DNA from: a virus
Lineage: Duplodnaviria; Caudoviricetes
IMG/VR virus record: IMGVR_UViG_3300021256_000013
Span: 1,183 to 65,182 of that record
Length of the DNA: 64,000 nucleotides
Strand: one strand, 5' to 3'
Every line of letters begins with the position of its first letter. Positions within the stretch are counted from its first letter, which is position 1. Both the position numbers and the translations under genes were made by a program. This document shows positions 35,986 through 44,474 of this stretch, in pieces. The notes below the pieces were generated by a model, which was not told the DNA's origin, did no database searches, and saw only the letters and a program-made list of their open reading frames with translations.

Positions 35986-36183
35986 ATGAAAGATTATAAT
36001 ATTTATGAAACAGTGTATCCCGCAGTCGGTGAACCGTTCGTGGAGTTTGTCGGTAGAGTGGAAGCCAGGACGGAAGGATCAGCCCTCCGGAAGGCTGTGA
36101 AGCATTTTAAGGTTCATGATGGCGGCATTCCAGTAAGGTACAGAAGGCCGGAGAACTTTTCTGCGAAGGAAAGATGGAGGTGA
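35986..36183 (+). CDS. Hypothetical protein
   Basis: ORF in the amidoligase operon. Confidence 0.55.
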   Translation: MKDYNIYETVYPAVGEPFVEFVGRVEARTEGSALRKAVKHFKVHDGGIPVRYRRPENFSAKERWR

Positions 36184-36187
36184 AACG

Positions 36188-36670
36188 ATGAAGCGTACAT
36201 ATTATGTTGCCTATGGGAGCAATCTTAATATCGCTCAGATGAGGTTTCGCTGCAAAGGTGCGACGCCTGTCGGTGTTGGGTATCTGAAAGACTGGGAGCT
36301 GTTCTATGCCGGATCCTTCAGCGGGAATTATGCCACGATCCGTGAGAAAAAGGGCGGTATCGTTCCGGTCGGAGTTTGGCTGATATCAGAAGAGAACGAG
36401 AAAGCGCTCGATCGCTATGAGGGATGGCCAAGGTTCTATTCAAAGCAGGAGATAGTGGTCAACATGGTGACCGGGCATGTCGGAAAGAAGATAACCGGAA
36501 TGGTGTACATCATGAACACACATGCAAAGGAAGGGCAACCTTCACCATCTTATATTGCTACCTGCAGATATGGATACAGGGATTTTGGAATTGCAGAGAG
36601 ATATCTGGATGAGTCGCTGATCCGCGCCGGGATCGAAGATCCAGATTCCGATATATGGAATCAGTGGTGA
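36188..36670 (+). CDS. Gamma-glutamylcyclotransferase (AIG2-like) family protein
   Basis: YVAYGSNLNIAQMRFRC...LDRYEG...PSPSYIATCRYGY. Confidence 0.9.
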   Translation: MKRTYYVAYGSNLNIAQMRFRCKGATPVGVGYLKDWELFYAGSFSGNYATIREKKGGIVPVGVWLISEENEKALDRYEGWPRFYSKQEIVVNMVTGHVGKKITGMVYIMNTHAKEGQPSPSYIATCRYGYRDFGIAERYLDESLIRAGIEDPDSDIWNQW

Positions 36671-36790
36671 GCACTTTTCTGGTGGTTGCGTACAAATAAT
36701 CCGTTATTTGTACAAAAAATCCGTTGATTGGGCAAAAAACGTTGATAATGGGCATTTTCAAGCCCGGATAATATAGCACTTGCTATACAC

Positions 36791-36828
36791 AGAAAAAGGA
36801 TGCAGTTTGCCGTCTGCATCCTTTTTCT
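36791..36828. terminator. Bidirectional intrinsic terminator
   Basis: AGAAAAAGGATGCAG-N8-CTGCATCCTTTTTCT between convergent genes. Confidence 0.85.
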
Positions 36829-36831
36829 TGT

Positions 36832-37077
36832 TTACTGCTTGGGGTTGTTTTGCCGAGGAACGTCGTTCGATCTGGTCTGACACTTGTACACGATAAGGTC
36901 TCCGGGCTGACAGTTGAACACCTCACACAAGGCTTCCAATTCGTCAAGCTTTACTGACTTAGCCAGCGAGTGGCACAGAGACATTATCCGGTTCTCATTG
37001 ATTTTGGTCCTTTGTCCAAGCTCCTTTTTCGTCCAGTCTTTGGCCTTCCTCATGTCGTTAATATGAAGTTCGATCAT
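36832..37077 (-). CDS. Cro/C1-type HTH (HTH_26) regulator
   Basis: AKSVKLDELEALCEVFNCQPGDLIVY, paralogue of 33694-33909. Confidence 0.85.
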   Translation of the reverse strand: MIELHINDMRKAKDWTKKELGQRTKINENRIMSLCHSLAKSVKLDELEALCEVFNCQPGDLIVYKCQTRSNDVPRQNNPKQ

Positions 37078-37145
37078 TGCTTACAACTCCTTCCCTTGTA
37101 ATATAGTGTTGTGGGAAGGGGAATGCCAGATATATCTACCTTTCA

Positions 37146-37178
37146 GGGATTTTATCTACTTTTTCGTGATAAAATCCC
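37146..37178. promoter_or_regulatory. Palindromic operator upstream of the HTH gene
   Basis: GGGATTTTATC-N11-GATAAAATCCC perfect inverted repeat. Confidence 0.65.
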
Positions 37179-37239
37179 TATTTTTATGATCGAACTGTTG
37201 ATAGTTGTGGTACCTGATAAGGAGTGCAGTATTTAGTTA

Positions 37240-38661
37240 TTATACATCGTATTCTTTGATGATCGCATCAAATCCCATATAACGGAGAGAATCCACCTTT
37301 GCTTCGGCGTTAGCCTTGATGCTATAGGCTCCGCACTGGACTCGGTAGAAGCCTTCCTGCAGATCCGTAATGAAGCAATCAGTTCCGGTTGCGGAGATCT
37401 GCCTGAGCTTCATCTCTGCATTCTTCCGATTTTTGTACGCTCCAACCTGTACTCGGTACAGTTTTCCGGACGGAGCTGGCTCCGGAGCCGGCGTCTCACC
37501 TCCGAGCGCGGCAGTTACCTTCTTGGCCAGATCATCCATACGGGACATAAGCCAGTTGCCCGGGCAGGCCTTCGCCGCAAACCAGCGGTGGACGGTCAGG
37601 ATCATCTCATCCGCTTTCGGCTTGTAAGACAGGGTGTATTCCTTCTGACCGAACCAAATCAGTTTTTTCTTTCCATTCCTGCGACAGATGTCCGTGCACA
37701 GTTCGATCAGGCGCTTATAGACCACATCCTTGAATGCATAAGGATCAGCTTTGTCAGACGCACATTCGATCGTGACTGCCCTCTGGTCATTGGCAGAACT
37801 GGAAGAGCACCAGCTGCGGACGTCCTCCGGGACACACAGCATGACCCTGCCATCTACTCCAATGCCATAGTTGCAGCTGGCCTGGGCAGAGGAATGATCG
37901 AAGCATTCTCCGATCGTCTCCACAGACAGCTGGCCTACGACACAGTGTGGCGTAATCCTGTCGATCTTCATGGTTCGCTTTCCGCTGTTACACGGAGACA
38001 GCTTTGTATAGGAAACAAGTGGGCTATTCACTGACGACGCTCCTTCCTCCTTCTTTGCTCCTGAAGGCCAGTAATCAGATGGCGTGACCTTGCTAATTTC
38101 GTCATATTTGGTCAGGCCGTGTTTCTCGATGATTTTCATGATCCCGGAGGAATAAGTCGTCCCTGTGGCATATCCGAGGCTGTGGACGGTACTGATCAGG
38201 GACTTGTAGTCGTGAAGGTCCTTGATCTTCGAATAATATTTTGGATTGCCGATCGAATACCCGCCCCATCGCATGAAGCACAGGTAATCCACAAACGACT
38301 GCTCTATGTCATCGTAAATCCGGAAGTCATCATAGATCGTGACAGGAATCCCCCCATAGACTTCGGGAGTCTTCTTATTGATCCATTTTCCCGGCCACAC
38401 CCCGAGTCCAATATCCGTCCAGCTTTTGTTAAGGAGATCCCTCTTAATTCCGACCATGTTGTTATAGGTAACAAGGGCTTCCACACCGGGATTATCCCAA
38501 TATGACCTAATGCCATATCCGTTTTCCTTTGCAGCCTGCGCGATAAGAACAGAAGGCAAATAAAAAGCCTGGCCAAGCTCTTTCTCGAAGCGCTTGCAGG
38601 CTCTTTGTGCTGCCGGGTAAACCGCTGTGATAAATTCCAGCTCTGACGTGCATACCTTCAT
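37240..38661 (-). CDS. Endolysin: glucosaminidase + Amidase_2 + SPOR
   Basis: SVLIAQAAKENGYG...NNMVGIK, ITPHCVVGQ...ASCNYGIG...AVTIECAS...TVHRWFAAKACPG, LYRVQVGAYKNRKNAE. Confidence 0.92.
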   Translation of the reverse strand: MKVCTSELEFITAVYPAAQRACKRFEKELGQAFYLPSVLIAQAAKENGYGIRSYWDNPGVEALVTYNNMVGIKRDLLNKSWTDIGLGVWPGKWINKKTPEVYGGIPVTIYDDFRIYDDIEQSFVDYLCFMRWGGYSIGNPKYYSKIKDLHDYKSLISTVHSLGYATGTTYSSGIMKIIEKHGLTKYDEISKVTPSDYWPSGAKKEEGASSVNSPLVSYTKLSPCNSGKRTMKIDRITPHCVVGQLSVETIGECFDHSSAQASCNYGIGVDGRVMLCVPEDVRSWCSSSSANDQRAVTIECASDKADPYAFKDVVYKRLIELCTDICRRNGKKKLIWFGQKEYTLSYKPKADEMILTVHRWFAAKACPGNWLMSRMDDLAKKVTAALGGETPAPEPAPSGKLYRVQVGAYKNRKNAEMKLRQISATGTDCFITDLQEGFYRVQCGAYSIKANAEAKVDSLRYMGFDAIIKEYDV

Positions 38662-38662
38662 A

Positions 38663-39418
38663 TCAGACCTCCTTTACGAAAGCGTCGATTCCCTTCGCTT
38701 TCAGCTGGGCAGCTTTTCTCTCGGCGTTCGTCTTCCCGGAATAAAGGCCGACTTGGCATTTATAAAGGTTTTCTTCCTGTATCATCTTCACCGGGAAGCC
38801 CTTGCTCTTGATCAGCGCTTCATGTTCGCGGTATTTGGTGATATCAGAATAAGCCCCTGCCTGCACACGGTAGTGCGCTCTGTACTTATCCTTGAAGCGC
38901 AGAATAAAGTAAACCTTTGTGTTCTTCGCAGACAGACTGCCGATGAATTTGTTTATCTTCGCGCCTTCCCCGCTGTGCGGTGTTGCATAAGCGTGCCCGG
39001 AATCGAAAGACTTTTCACCACCGTAGTAGGCGTTTGTATGGTTCATGCCTGAATATCCAAGAAGGATATCGCCGTCGCAAAGCTGCATATGATCATACAT
39101 GTACTTCGGCGTTTTTCCTCCGGTGCTGATGATGTCGAAGTACTTTTCTACATCCTTCTTAGCATGATCATTCAGCCAGACAATCTTCTGCATTCCACCG
39201 TACCATGACGTACATTTCACGCCGATTGCCTTCAGCGCCCACTGCGGACCATCAACGCAGTTGATCTTATATTTCCCAGCTTTTCGGGCTGCTTCAAATC
39301 CGTTTGCCTTCTTCCTGCTTGTATTGCAATACGTCCACTGGTGACCAGCCTTATTATCGGCCTTCATTGTGGTGTTCATATATTTCAGGTATTCCAGGAA
39401 CTTTTCGTTCAGTTTCAT
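38663..39418 (-). CDS. Second putative cell-wall hydrolase (Cys/His peptidase-like domain + SPOR repeats)
   Basis: INCVDGPQWAL...GDILLGY...HTNAY, YRVQAGAY / YKCQVGLYSGKTNAE. Confidence 0.7.
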   Translation of the reverse strand: MKLNEKFLEYLKYMNTTMKADNKAGHQWTYCNTSRKKANGFEAARKAGKYKINCVDGPQWALKAIGVKCTSWYGGMQKIVWLNDHAKKDVEKYFDIISTGGKTPKYMYDHMQLCDGDILLGYSGMNHTNAYYGGEKSFDSGHAYATPHSGEGAKINKFIGSLSAKNTKVYFILRFKDKYRAHYRVQAGAYSDITKYREHEALIKSKGFPVKMIQEENLYKCQVGLYSGKTNAERKAAQLKAKGIDAFVKEV

Positions 39419-39448
39419 GTGTCATTCCTCCCTGTAAATATGATTGTT

Positions 39449-39486
39449 AAAATCAAAAATCCTGCGATGAGGATCCACCGCAGGAT
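39449..39486 (-). terminator. Intrinsic terminator between holin and lysins
   Basis: ATCCTGCG-N12-CGCAGGAT followed by TTTTGATTTT on the minus strand. Confidence 0.6.
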
Positions 39487-39502
39487 AATCCGCATTATTT
39501 CG

Positions 39503-39787
39503 TCAGACATCTTCCTCTTCGTCTTCTTCGTCCGGCCAGATCTTTATGTCATCATCGTCATCTTCTCCGACCGTTTCCATTTCGTACTGCACCCGATTGT
39601 ATTGTGCAGTGGAGATCCCCAGGAGTGCGCCCAAAAGCGTACAGATGACCGTCGTGGTCTTGGCAACCTGATCGGCATATGGCCATCCCCAAATAGCTGC
39701 CAGACCGACATAAGCTGTTGCCAACGCGGGAAGGACTATCATCGTGATCCATTTCAAAACGTCATAAACCTTAGAATTTAACTGCAT
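39503..39787 (-). CDS. Holin (Dp-1 type)
   Basis: LNSKVYDVLKWITMIVLPALAT...CTLLGALLGISTAQYN, two TM segments. Confidence 0.88.
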   Translation of the reverse strand: MQLNSKVYDVLKWITMIVLPALATAYVGLAAIWGWPYADQVAKTTTVICTLLGALLGISTAQYNRVQYEMETVGEDDDDDIKIWPDEEDEEEDV

Positions 39788-39799
39788 TTGAAAACCTCC

Positions 39800-40231
39800 T
39801 TAATAAGACCAGTCTCGTTTTTCAAGTCTCTCATTGTATCCATGTTTGATATGGGATACGGTAGCGGTTGTTTGGTTGTTACGGAATTTTGGATGCGCCT
39901 CGCAGTAGGATTCGTAGGAGTCAATGTCGGACATCGCCTGATCCCAACTATCTTTACTGTGACGTTGCTCCGCTTGCAGTTCGTCCTCAAAACGAAGGAT
40001 CCGGACACGGCACGCCACGGCATTGTAGCTGTCTGCCTTTGCGTCTACCGTGTCGATCTTCTGATCTAAAGAGTCAAACCGCACGGACATATCATCTGAT
40101 AGGTGCCGGATGGAGTCTGTAACACCCTTTAGCCTGTCATGTTTTTTATCATGCCGGTTTATCAAAAACTGGATGAATGCGAATAGACCACCTCCCACCA
40201 AGATGCCCGCAATAGATGCAATAAAGTCCAT
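39800..40231 (-). CDS. Lysis-module membrane protein
   Basis: N-terminal TM, RVRILRFEDEL...IDSYESYCEAHPKFRNN. Confidence 0.7.
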   Translation of the reverse strand: MDFIASIAGILVGGGLFAFIQFLINRHDKKHDRLKGVTDSIRHLSDDMSVRFDSLDQKIDTVDAKADSYNAVACRVRILRFEDELQAEQRHSKDSWDQAMSDIDSYESYCEAHPKFRNNQTTATVSHIKHGYNERLEKRDWSY

Positions 40232-40254
40232 TGGCCTTTAACCTCCATACCAAT

Positions 40255-40278
40255 AAAAAAGATCAGCTTTCGCTGATC
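40255..40278 (-). terminator. Terminator after the DGR cassette
   Basis: GATCAGC-GAAA-GCTGATC-TTTTTT on the minus strand. Confidence 0.7.
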
Positions 40279-40286
40279 TGATCGTG

Positions 40287-40451
40287 TTACTGTTCCTGTT
40301 CCATTTTCATGATGTTTCGCAGGTGAGCCAACTCAGTCGCCTGCCTTTGGATGATTTCGCCCAGGTGGTGAATAATTTCATCCTGTTTTTCTGTCATTTC
40401 TATGTACAATTCGAGCGTCTCTAACAGCTCGTCATCCGATAAGCGACTCAT
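40287..40451 (-). CDS. 54-aa coiled-coil protein downstream of the RT, below the ORF track cutoff
   Basis: MSRLSDDELLETLELYIEMTEKQDEIIHHLGEIIQRQATELAHLRNIMKMEQEQ, overlaps the RT stop. Confidence 0.6.
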   Translation of the reverse strand: MSRLSDDELLETLELYIEMTEKQDEIIHHLGEIIQRQATELAHLRNIMKMEQEQ

Positions 40452-41538
40452 CCTGTTCTCCGTTGTTATGTGTCAAAACGAATTCGCTGAATATCTTTTT
40501 CCTAAGTTCCTCGCTGTCAGTCTTATCCATCATGGCGATGTACGCCTGGACAGTTTCATTTGCCTCAAAAAAGGTCATTTCCCATCTGGAGTATAGATCC
40601 TGTACCTGCTTCAATCGACGCTTCATACGAAGCGATGTACTTTTCCTGAGCCTCATGGAGTGCGGTTTGATAAAATATCCGACAAATTCAATTCCACACT
40701 CTATAGGCCTGATTGCAGTTTTGTGATTGAAATTCAATAAAAGGCGATTTTCAAGGAAGTCATTCAGCTTGTAATATGTCTCATGCAGCTTTTCCTTACT
40801 GTCCATAAGCACGACAATATCATCCATACATCGGATGAAGAAGTGAAGCTGCAGCTCCCGCTTTGCGTACTGATCCAGCTCATTCAGGTAAACATTACCA
40901 CTCATGTGCGACATGCCGCCGCCAATCGCAACCCCCTTATTCCAGAGCAATTCCCTTTCGTCTATGGTCATGGGGTTAGATGCACCGCGCGGAAGGCCAA
41001 AAGGCTTTGACGCGAACCTGGTGTAATGGTCCAGCAGATCAAGCGTCCTCCGATCGGCAATCTTATGTTCATAGATCCTCATCATGACATTCTGATCGAT
41101 ACGATAGAAGAACTTCTCACAATCCGCTTTCAGATAATACCATCGCTTTCCGGAATCAGCGCAGTAGTTGATCCAAGAAGCCAGACGCTGGCCGGCAGCA
41201 AGGTTCCCCCTTCCGGGGATACATGCATATGAATCTTCAATCCACCCTTTTGCGAGACGCTCATTCAGGGCATTATAGGCTGACCGCTGTATTACTTTGG
41301 TCGTGTAGTCACTGCAGGTAATCTTCCTGAGCTTCGGCTCATATACCGGAAACGTGCGGTATATATCCGGTGGATAGGTTCTGCTATAAAGGCAGTCCGA
41401 TATCCGATGAAGGTTATCCTCCAGGTTATCCCAGAACATCAGCTCCTCTGGAAGAAACCGCCTGCCAAGAGATGAATCATGTTCAGCCAAACGGAGACTT
41501 TCAAAAGAAGCTATTTCATCGAAGACATTTTTAATCAC
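40432..41538 (-). CDS. DGR reverse transcriptase
   Basis: YEPKLRKI, SYACIPGRG, LKADCEKFF, R-CMDD catalytic box, IEFVGY, next to TR and avd. Confidence 0.92.
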   Translation of the reverse strand: MIKNVFDEIASFESLRLAEHDSSLGRRFLPEELMFWDNLEDNLHRISDCLYSRTYPPDIYRTFPVYEPKLRKITCSDYTTKVIQRSAYNALNERLAKGWIEDSYACIPGRGNLAAGQRLASWINYCADSGKRWYYLKADCEKFFYRIDQNVMMRIYEHKIADRRTLDLLDHYTRFASKPFGLPRGASNPMTIDERELLWNKGVAIGGGMSHMSGNVYLNELDQYAKRELQLHFFIRCMDDIVVLMDSKEKLHETYYKLNDFLENRLLLNFNHKTAIRPIECGIEFVGYFIKPHSMRLRKSTSLRMKRRLKQVQDLYSRWEMTFFEANETVQAYIAMMDKTDSEELRKKIFSEFVLTHNNGEQDESLIG

Positions 41539-41726
41539 GAATGCACTATCCCTTCCGGAGCATTGCAGCGTTCTCGATTAGCGTAAGATACTTGCGGCAT
41601 TCCACATTCGCTTATGCACAAAGGCAATTTTTTGGCAAGAGCCACGGAGACGTGATCCTTTTGCCACCTTGTACTGGATGCAGCCCCTTAGGGATGCAAC
41701 TTCTGACGTGTTACATTTGTGGCAAG

Positions 41727-41842
41727 AGCGGCGCGGAAGCCGATGTTGTCGTTGGCGTTGGAGCGCGCGTTGTTGAGGTTCACGTAGAAGACACCGGCGT
41801 TGCCCGTGTTGTTCCAGTTCCCGCCGCAGATCGCCATCCGCT
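41727..41842 (-). repeat. DGR template repeat (TR)
   Basis: 116-bp copy of the VR with 10 in-frame AAC codons. Confidence 0.95.
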
Positions 41843-41846
41843 AGTA

Positions 41847-42218
41847 TCACGTTCCCGTCTTTCCTTTTCGAGTTTCATCGGCATAGGCAGCTTTCAGCAT
41901 ACCGCCAACCTGCTTGCCGATTTCGCCTATCATGCCAGACAGGATATCGTATTGCTTTGGAGCGATATATCGCAGATCGTAAGCCAATCGTACATATTTC
42001 TTCAGTACATTTACGGACACATCCAATTCACGTAGAACCGTTTTCTTCTGGGTATGACGTTTCAACTCTTCGAGGTTCCATACAACATCGTGCATGCACT
42101 TCTTTATGTCAGTAACCAGACCATATTTTTCTGAATGCGGGAACTGTTTCAGAGGTGTTTGATATGCATAAATCATCATATCGTGTACCGATCGTTCAAC
42201 TGGCAGTTCCTTTTCCAT
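41847..42218 (-). CDS. avd: DGR accessory variability determinant
   Basis: LKQFPHSEKYGLVTDIK...LRELDVSVNVLKKYVRLAYDLRYI...IGEIGKQVGG. Confidence 0.9.
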   Translation of the reverse strand: MEKELPVERSVHDMMIYAYQTPLKQFPHSEKYGLVTDIKKCMHDVVWNLEELKRHTQKKTVLRELDVSVNVLKKYVRLAYDLRYIAPKQYDILSGMIGEIGKQVGGMLKAAYADETRKGKTGT

Positions 42219-42284
42219 TGCTCACGACATCCTTTCTTACCGCACGCTGAGACACATCGTAGCACACATTACCAAATCTATCTT

Positions 42285-42310
42285 TTTTATCTACTTTTCA
42301 TAGATAAAAT
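42285..42310. promoter_or_regulatory. Palindromic operator upstream of avd
   Basis: TTTTATC-N11-GATAAAA, 22/26 identical to the site at 37150-37175. Confidence 0.6.
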
Positions 42311-42342
42311 CTATCTTTTCATGATTTTTAGCCTGAAAAAAA

Positions 42343-42372
42343 TTGTAATCACCGCTATCGCGGTGATTACAA
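42343..42372 (-). other. DGR target-recognition hairpin/cruciform
   Basis: Perfect 13-bp inverted repeat TTGTAATCACCGC/GCGGTGATTACAA with a 4-nt GATA (GRNA-type) loop on the coding strand, 15 bp after the target stop. Confidence 0.85.
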
Positions 42373-42387
42373 AAAACAAAATTCAAA

Positions 42388-43443
42388 TTACAAGTCGCAA
42401 TAAGCGGCGCGGAAGCCGATGCCGCCGCTGGCGGTGGAGCGCGCGTGGTAGAGGTCCACGCAGAAGACACCGGCGTTGCCCGAGTCGTTCCAGTACCCGC
42501 CGCAGATGGCCATCCGCTCACCGCCGAGCTGTGCGTATCTATAATCACCGCCATAAACGTCGCCAGACTCTTCCGGATACAGAATCAGGGCTTTGATAAG
42601 CTCCGGAGCAGTGAGACCAGAGGCAAGTGCCAGATCCTTAAAGCCTGTTCCTCTTCCCGTGGAGCCATCGTCTGTAACAGTACCGCTCGTAAGAGTGAGC
42701 TTATTGTTAAGGAAATCATACTTCAATGATCCATCGGCACCAGGTTCGATCAGGGATCCGTCCGCAGAGATCGCCTTCCAGGCAGTGGAATTGGCTCCGA
42801 GAGATACCTCCGGATCCATGGCATTTGCGTACGGAATGATATTGATCTCGCCTGCATTCAGCCTCAGGCCGGCGTTCCATTCATATACATTACCATTCAA
42901 ATCAGCTATGCCATTCTTCGTGTGATCATGGTACCAGGTCTTTGGCCCAGAACCTGTCAGGCAGCGAGATACTCTGTTCTCGCTATCGTAAGCTGCGGGC
43001 GTTCCTTTCTCAAAGGAATACGCATGATCTTTCCCATAGTTGTTGTTTCCACGGGGCATCGTTCCATTTTTCTTTGTCCACAGAGCCACTGCCGCCCAGA
43101 GAGAAAACGGAGTCAATGACCAGCCTTTCCCTTTGTTACGGCAGGCTGCGAGAGCATTATCATGGTTGATTGACACTTTCGGGTCCCTGAGCGGAAGAGA
43201 GTAACCTCTGTCGTTCATCACGATATTCTGGAACTTCGAGAAGTACATGACATCTTTCTCAACGGAATTGACCTGGAAGGCCGGGTGTGTGATGGCAGAG
43301 CCACCGGATACGATGTCGGAGTTCTGGAGCTTCGTGATCGGTACCATGATTGACGGGTAACCAATGTTATCAAAAAGGACGGTGTTCTCACCGCCAGAAA
43401 TAGCCTCAACGGCCAGCTTCAGATCATCTAAATTCAGTGCCAT
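42388..43443 (-). CDS. DGR target protein (C-type lectin / FGE-sulfatase fold)
   Basis: IADLNGNVYEW, C-terminal CGGYWNDSGNAGVF...GFRAA carrying the VR. Confidence 0.92.
   Translation of the reverse strand: MALNLDDLKLAVEAISGGENTVLFDNIGYPSIMVPITKLQNSDIVSGGSAITHPAFQVNSVEKDVMYFSKFQNIVMNDRGYSLPLRDPKVSINHDNALAACRNKGKGWSLTPFSLWAAVALWTKKNGTMPRGNNNYGKDHAYSFEKGTPAAYDSENRVSRCLTGSGPKTWYHDHTKNGIADLNGNVYEWNAGLRLNAGEINIIPYANAMDPEVSLGANSTAWKAISADGSLIEPGADGSLKYDFLNNKLTLTSGTVTDDGSTGRGTGFKDLALASGLTAPELIKALILYPEESGDVYGGDYRYAQLGGERMAICGGYWNDSGNAGVFCVDLYHARSTASGGIGFRAAYCDL
42403..42518 (-). repeat. DGR variable repeat (VR)
   Basis: 13 mismatches to TR, 12 of them at TR adenines. Confidence 0.95.
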
Positions 43444-43446
43444 GTC

Positions 43447-43812
43447 TTAAGCCTCCTTTGCCCACAGTGTCAGGATGCACTTCGAAATGTCGAAGGGCAC
43501 CGCAGTTCTGGTAGTGATATACTGCTGTGACGTCGGATCTTCCGGATCGTAATCCGGGTTCTCGATTTCATCGTCCACATATTCCCGTGCAGGGATAAAG
43601 ATCTGAGCGCGGTAATTCTCTGCACCCTCAACACCAATCAGACCACCATAGCGGTCTTCACAGATGTCGATCAGGACGTCATAATCACGCTCCTTTTTCT
43701 TAAGGTTCATCATGAGCTCGTCGTCTTCAAAGCTCACAACATTGCCGGTCTGCTCAAAGCTCAGATATCCTGTGCCGCCTACCGGACGATAAATTACCTG
43801 AATGTCTCCCAT
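43447..43812 (-). CDS. Hypothetical tail-associated protein
   Basis: Coupled to the DGR target gene. Confidence 0.65.
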   Translation of the reverse strand: MGDIQVIYRPVGGTGYLSFEQTGNVVSFEDDELMMNLKKKERDYDVLIDICEDRYGGLIGVEGAENYRAQIFIPAREYVDDEIENPDYDPEDPTSQQYITTRTAVPFDISKCILTLWAKEA

Positions 43813-43973
43813 TACTGATACCTCCTTGCATCTTCGATGGTTTCTCTTGTCCTTGCTGCTATGATCTCTACGGCCTCACGCATTGCGGGATCGCTGCGAT
43901 CGAAGTCGAACTGACTGGCCACATGAGCTTCATCTGCTTGACGATCCTCGCTCTTGATGATGATGTTCGCCAT
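43812..43973 (-). CDS. 53-aa hypothetical protein, below the ORF track cutoff
   Basis: MANIIIKSEDRQADEAHVASQFDFDRSDPAMREAVEIIAARTRETIEDARRYQ, overlaps both neighbours by one base. Confidence 0.6.
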   Translation of the reverse strand: MANIIIKSEDRQADEAHVASQFDFDRSDPAMREAVEIIAARTRETIEDARRYQ

Positions 43974-44474
43974 TAGAATCCTCCTCTCACGTACAGTTTC
44001 AGTGTGACGGATGACGCAGATCCGGTGAAGTGGACCTTGAATCCGTTCGCCAGCTTGTCATAGATCTCGACATCTCCTGCAGAGCAACCGGGGGATCCGG
44101 ACACGGAAACGATCTCATAAGTGACTGTATAGGTCGTTTTATTACGGAGCTTATCAAGCTGGACGGTATAAACCGAACTGTTAAAAGGATATGCATAAGT
44201 ATTCGTGAGCGTTACCTCATGAATCTCTGCATCCAGACCTTCTACATCCCTCTGAAGGTGAAGACTATTCAAAAGTGCCTCTTCGGCAACCATCAGCGCT
44301 TCAAAGATTCCGGCATCCATGTTTTTGAAGTTGGCTGCATTCTGGGGTGTACCGGGTTCCTCAATCGTGCCGGGTGCTTTTTCAAGAGTGAACAGGTCAC
44401 CCCCCAGGCCGGTGAGTTCCACCCGGTGAGGATACTCGACCTGCCTGTCTTTCCAGTTTATTAACTCTCTCATC
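43973..44474 (-). CDS. Putative tail fibre/receptor-arm base protein
   Basis: NWKDRQVEYPHR...GTPQNAANFKNMDAGI...KLANGFKVHFTGSA. Confidence 0.65.

Noticed and set aside
40432-41538. Group II intron or retron interpretation of the RT
   Set aside because: No maturase/endonuclease domain or intron domain V. The adjacent avd, TR/VR pair and hairpin define a DGR.
41541-42035. 164-aa plus-strand ORF across the TR, and the similar ORF at 42445-42729
   Set aside because: Antisense shadows of TR/VR. Their mutual similarity (VEVHxEDTGVARVVPVPAAD) simply reflects the repeat.
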